From an uncultured Thermodesulfobacteriota bacterium (GTDB lineage Bacteria > Desulfobacterota > WTBG01 > CAIYCZ01): a DNA stretch of 64,000 bases. Of this stretch, positions 60,296-64,000 are shown in pieces (position 1 is the stretch's first letter; each line of letters starts with the position of its first letter). The stretch is from NCBI GenBank assembly GCA_964594075.1, contig CAZQKW010000004.1:38171-102170 (forward strand), given 5' to 3'. Under the pieces are notes generated by a model. That model was not told the origin of the DNA. It searched no databases and worked only from the letters and a program-made list of their open reading frames with translations. The translations under genes were made by a program, and so were the position numbers.

Positions 60296-61729
60296 ATGCG
60301 CGTTCTGCTCATTCAGCCGCCGATGTTTCATCAGCAGGTGCAGCTTTCCCCCAATCTGGGGCTTGCCTCCATTGCTGCGGTGCTTGAACAGGACGGTGTG
60401 CAGGTAAGGGTAGTGGATGCGGCGGCAGAAGGGCTATCGTATGACCGTATTCTGGAAAAGATTCGCGCGTTCCAACCGCACATCATTGGCGCCGGCGGGC
60501 AGACGCCGGTCAGCCACCGCGCGCGCATCATTTTTCAGCGAACCAAACGGGAAATCAGCCGCGACATCATAACAATTGCCGGCGGGCCGCACTTCAGCTT
60601 CACCGACCGGGAATCGTTACAGGAATGCCAAGACCTTGATATTGTGGTGCGCGGCGAAGGCGAAGCGACCATCAGCCATCTCTGTAAAACGCTTGAGTCC
60701 GGCGCCCCCCTTGCCACGGTTCAGGGCATAACCTTTCGGGACGAAACCGGCTCAATAGTGCGCAATCCCGACCGCGAGCCAATTGCCGATATTGACTCCC
60801 TGCCCTTCCCTGCCTGGCATCTGTTCCCCGTAGAAAAATACCACTGGGTGGGAAACCGGCTGCTGGCAACCTCTTCCTCGCGGGGTTGCCCGTTCAACTG
60901 CCCCTACTGCATCACTTGGAAAGTGCATAAGGGCGTGCGGCAGAGGAAACCGGCGCGGATTGTTGAAGAAATGGTCTGGGTAAAAAAGAACTTTCAACAC
61001 GACACGTTTTTCTTTCAGGACGATGCCTCATTTCTGTCCCGCGAGCAGATGGAAGGATTTCTGGACGAGCTGGAAAAATGCGGAGAGAAGCTCTATTGGT
61101 ATTATGAGACCAGGGAAGATGTTTTTCTGGGCTATCGCGATCTGTGGCAACGCATGAAGCGCAACGGCCTGTTCAAAATTGTTTTCGGCCTGGAGACGCC
61201 AGACCCGGAGATGCGGAAAAAATTCGGCAAACAGCCGTTTGACAGCCGGGCCGTCGTGCAGATGCTTGATATTCTGGAACATGAGCTTGATATTATGGTT
61301 TCCGTGTATCTGCTCTTTGGTCTTCCGGAGGATACCGCGGAGTCCTTGAACGCAATTCTTGAATATGGCAAATATCTGTATCCGGACCATTGTTCTTTTA
61401 TCGTCGGGTCCATGGCTACGCCGTTTCCGGGAACCGATATGTATGAAGAACTCAAAGCCCGGGATATGCTGACCAGCTATAACTGGAAAGACTACGGGTT
61501 TGGCAGGTCGGTCATCAAAACGGCGGTTTCGCCGGAAAAGCTCCAGGCGGTTTTTAAGGGTTTCTGGATAAAAACCTATGTGCGGCCGAAAGCATTTTTA
61601 AAACAGTTCCAGTTTTTCATCTCCGGCAACCGCTTCCGCAGGGCGATGGCCAAGCAGTATATTAAAATGGCGATAGAGATGGCTTCCGATGTCAAGAAAA
61701 TGAGCGGCGAAGCCGATGAGGAATTTTAA
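60296..61729 (+). CDS. B12-binding domain radical SAM enzyme (class B; BchE/methyltransferase-like)
   Basis: N-terminal cobalamin-binding Rossmann segment (RVLLIQPP...VVDAA) and radical SAM motif SSRGCPFNCPYC (CxxxCxxC). Confidence 0.85.
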   Translation: MRVLLIQPPMFHQQVQLSPNLGLASIAAVLEQDGVQVRVVDAAAEGLSYDRILEKIRAFQPHIIGAGGQTPVSHRARIIFQRTKREISRDIITIAGGPHFSFTDRESLQECQDLDIVVRGEGEATISHLCKTLESGAPLATVQGITFRDETGSIVRNPDREPIADIDSLPFPAWHLFPVEKYHWVGNRLLATSSSRGCPFNCPYCITWKVHKGVRQRKPARIVEEMVWVKKNFQHDTFFFQDDASFLSREQMEGFLDELEKCGEKLYWYYETREDVFLGYRDLWQRMKRNGLFKIVFGLETPDPEMRKKFGKQPFDSRAVVQMLDILEHELDIMVSVYLLFGLPEDTAESLNAILEYGKYLYPDHCSFIVGSMATPFPGTDMYEELKARDMLTSYNWKDYGFGRSVIKTAVSPEKLQAVFKGFWIKTYVRPKAFLKQFQFFISGNRFRRAMAKQYIKMAIEMASDVKKMSGEADEEF

Positions 61730-61817
61730 AAAAATCATACCTCATGATTCAGAATCAGAATAATCAGATCAGACGGAAAAAAATCTTCGCCGCTGAACAC
61801 GCGGCAGAAAGGATTCC

Positions 61818-62828
61818 ATGCCATTAGATGTTTATGCCTTTGGCAGCGCGCTGGTGGACATTCAGCTTGCTGTTGATGACACCCTGCTGGCAGAACTTGA
61901 GCTGCAGCGCGGGAATATGTATCTGACCGATCGGGTTCGCCAGGAACAGGTCTTGGAAAAAATTCTTGGCGGCCGCATAACCGACCTCGGCGCTCTGGGT
62001 GATCGGGTGAACCTTGCAGCCGGCGGCAGTGCCGCAAATACGGTTTACGGCATTGCCCAGCTTGGCGGGACAGCGGCGCTCTGCGGCAAGGTAGCGTCTG
62101 ATCCCTTTGGCCATTTCTACATTAGAGATATTCAGCAGGGCGGCGTGCTGTTCAATCAAAAAATGGTGGACGGCATGACCGGCACCTGTATCGTTCTCAT
62201 TTCCGACGACGCGCAGCGCACCATGCTTACCTGTCTTGCGGTATCCAGCGAGATAACGTACGAGGATCTCAATGAGGATTATTTAAAAAACAGCACCTAC
62301 CTGTATATTGAAGGCTATCTTTTTGACAGCGCGGTTGCAACCGAGACGCTGCTGCGCGCGATTGCCACGGCTAAAAAACACCAGGTAAACGTTGCGCTCT
62401 CAGCTTCAGATTCATTTTGTATAGAGCGGCACAAGGACCAGTTTCTGCACCTGGTAAAAAATGATGTTGACCTTTTATTTGCCAACGCCCAGGAAGCGCA
62501 GGCGCTTACCGACACCGACAGCCTTGAGGAAGCATGCCGCGTGCTGCCCCGCTGGTGCCGGCAGTGCGCCATCACTGATGGAGCCCGCGGCTCAACCCTC
62601 CTGTTTAACGGCGTGCGCCTTAAAATCAATCCCTACCCGGTCATCGCCATAGATACCACCGGCGCCGGAGACGCCTATGCTGCCGGACTGCTCTTTGGCC
62701 TTACCAATGGCTATTCACTGGAACAGAGCGGCAAAATCGCCAGCTTCTTTTCCTCGCGGGTGGTATTCCAGTTGGGCCCGCGGTTTGCCGGCGATATAAG
62801 ACAAGAAATAAAAGAACTGGAGCTCTAA
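61818..62828 (+). CDS. PfkB-family carbohydrate/nucleoside kinase
   Basis: GGSAANT and C-terminal DTTGAGDAYAAG anion-hole motif. Confidence 0.8.
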   Translation: MPLDVYAFGSALVDIQLAVDDTLLAELELQRGNMYLTDRVRQEQVLEKILGGRITDLGALGDRVNLAAGGSAANTVYGIAQLGGTAALCGKVASDPFGHFYIRDIQQGGVLFNQKMVDGMTGTCIVLISDDAQRTMLTCLAVSSEITYEDLNEDYLKNSTYLYIEGYLFDSAVATETLLRAIATAKKHQVNVALSASDSFCIERHKDQFLHLVKNDVDLLFANAQEAQALTDTDSLEEACRVLPRWCRQCAITDGARGSTLLFNGVRLKINPYPVIAIDTTGAGDAYAAGLLFGLTNGYSLEQSGKIASFFSSRVVFQLGPRFAGDIRQEIKELEL

Positions 62829-62955
62829 TCAAAGATATTTGAAATGTATTTACCGGCCAGGTTTCATGACCTTCTCCCCATATAGCCCTGATTTCAGAAA
62901 ACCCGCATGAGAACAGCAATACGGAATGGGTAACAACGGGGAATTGAAAACTCCA

Positions 62956-63124
62956 GCGCCTGGGGGTTTTTCGTCGCCAGCAACACACCCGTCCGTGCCG
63001 CGAACACAGCAGCTGCCGTTATAGACTGCAGTCCCGAGCCCCCGGCATCAACAGTGGCGAAGGCTCTACCGGCTGCCTGCCCGGGGCAGAACAGGCACGG
63101 TGCCGGGGTCGTGATGCCACCGGG
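62956..63124. mobile_element. MITE-like element copy 2 (opposite orientation, truncated at one end)
   Basis: Starts with the same 17-mer GCGCCTGGGGGTTTTTC and is homologous to the reverse complement of copy 1. The distal TIR is missing. Confidence 0.55.
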
Positions 63125-63168
63125 AGGTGCAAGCTCTCTTGGGTAATAATGAATCAAGACCCGATGTG

Positions 63169-64000
63169 CTATTCATGCCCACTGCTCATAAGGCACAGCT
63201 TCATATCCTCCGCCGCATCGTCAAGCCCCAGTTCTTTCAGGGTTTCCGGATTCGGAATGCCGGTCTCCTTATCCCAGCCGCGCACTGCATAGTAATCTTC
63301 AAGCATGGTTTTAAATTTTTGCTTGTCCAGCACCGCCCCATTAAATGCTCCGCCGCGTGTCGCCTCCTCTGCCCATTTGCCCTGCAGAAAGTCATCGTGC
63401 GTGCGTATGCCCTCGCGCACCAGAAAACATCGCTCAAGGGTATAAATTCTGTTTGCTATGGTGCGCAGCATCGGTTCATCAGCTTCCACCCCGGTTACCG
63501 CGGTATAGAGATCAGCCATGTCCTGAATGTTTATGCCGTGCCCATTATGGGACGTGTTGAACTTGCAGATTTGCAAAGCATCTGCCAGCGTATAGATGTC
63601 CTGAAAATAAACGGTTGAGGCAGCTTTGTCATAGGAATCATGCTGGAGAACAGCGGCGGTGCCGAAGCGCCGCCGCGCTTCTTCTTCTGAAAGCAGTGCT
63701 TTCCCGCCCAACGGGATTTCTATCATATTACTGCCGCGCAGATGGTCGCATCCCCGCGTCGCCGTAGCGAACGTCAAGGCAGTTCCCTTAAGCCCTCTGA
63801 TATCAACCCCGCCCAGCACCATGCCTTTGCAGTAATTGAGCGATTGTTCCGCGCCTCTGCCGATGCGCTGCGCCGCCGTTACGGCTCCATCAGCCAGCAC
63901 GGCGCCAAAGCCCTCGCGCCGCGCGATCAGCGGCACCATCGCAATCATGGACTCATAGTTTCCCCATTCAAAGGATCTGCCGCCGGTATCTTCCAAGGAG
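63169..64000 (-). CDS. aldehyde:ferredoxin oxidoreductase (tungsten AOR family), C-terminal part; N-terminus beyond window
   Basis: AOR C-terminal domain with ...YYAVRGWDKETGIPNPETLKELGLD; the ORF is open at the window edge. Confidence 0.8.
   Translation of the reverse strand, partial: SLEDTGGRSFEWGNYESMIAMVPLIARREGFGAVLADGAVTAAQRIGRGAEQSLNYCKGMVLGGVDIRGLKGTALTFATATRGCDHLRGSNMIEIPLGGKALLSEEEARRRFGTAAVLQHDSYDKAASTVYFQDIYTLADALQICKFNTSHNGHGINIQDMADLYTAVTGVEADEPMLRTIANRIYTLERCFLVREGIRTHDDFLQGKWAEEATRGGAFNGAVLDKQKFKTMLEDYYAVRGWDKETGIPNPETLKELGLDDAAEDMKLCLMSSGHE

Overview
This 64 kb window looks like chromosomal DNA from an anaerobic Gram-negative bacterium, possibly deltaproteobacterial, judging by the tungsten AOR, a cytoplasmic molybdopterin oxidoreductase, many ferredoxins and a radical SAM gene. 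Every call below rests on reading the translated ORFs and DNA by eye; no searches were run.

Main content, in order:
- The conserved housekeeping operon rpsB-tsf-pyrH-frr-uppS-cdsA-dxr (minus strand, 1..5381), with an extra 57-aa 4Fe-4S ferredoxin gene sitting between frr and uppS.
- argJ, a tmRNA (tag ADDYNYALAA) and two cold-shock genes.
- An ABC-2 exporter pair, a hotdog thioesterase, a standalone molybdopterin oxidoreductase, HtrA, and an S2P/CBS protease.
- An AT-flanked island (about 18.2..26.2 kb) encoding three large secreted repeat proteins. The first carries about 14 Asp-box-like 40-aa beta-propeller repeats. The second has a PKD domain and a Thr-rich linker. The third has 7 tandem PPC domains. 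The second and third share a roughly 100-aa C-terminal domain I do not recognise.
- A complete Tad/Flp pilus locus on the minus strand (28431..41662): a TPR-LysM lipoprotein, tadC, tadB, cpaF, cpaE, tadG, tadE, cpaC, cpaB, tadV and two tandem 57-aa Flp pilins. The pilins are too short to appear in the ORF track.
- Two paralogous polytopic membrane proteins that look like GT-C glycosyltransferases, then an RCC1 beta-propeller protein with thrombospondin type-3 repeats.
- Two sensor kinases plus a histidine kinase - lipoprotein - sigma54 response regulator set.
- A candidate sRNA with a near-consensus sigma70 promoter.
- A cluster of MarR, a NiCoT-family Ni/Co transporter, two divergent ferredoxin-dependent-bilin-reductase-like paralogs interleaved with three small ferredoxins, and a B12-binding radical SAM enzyme. 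This is the most novel-looking system here.
- A PfkB kinase and a partial aldehyde:ferredoxin oxidoreductase running off the 3' end.

Two repeat families are visible. One is a 26-bp REP-like element present at nine or more intergenic sites. The other is a roughly 205-bp element with 17-bp terminal inverted repeats, in two copies.
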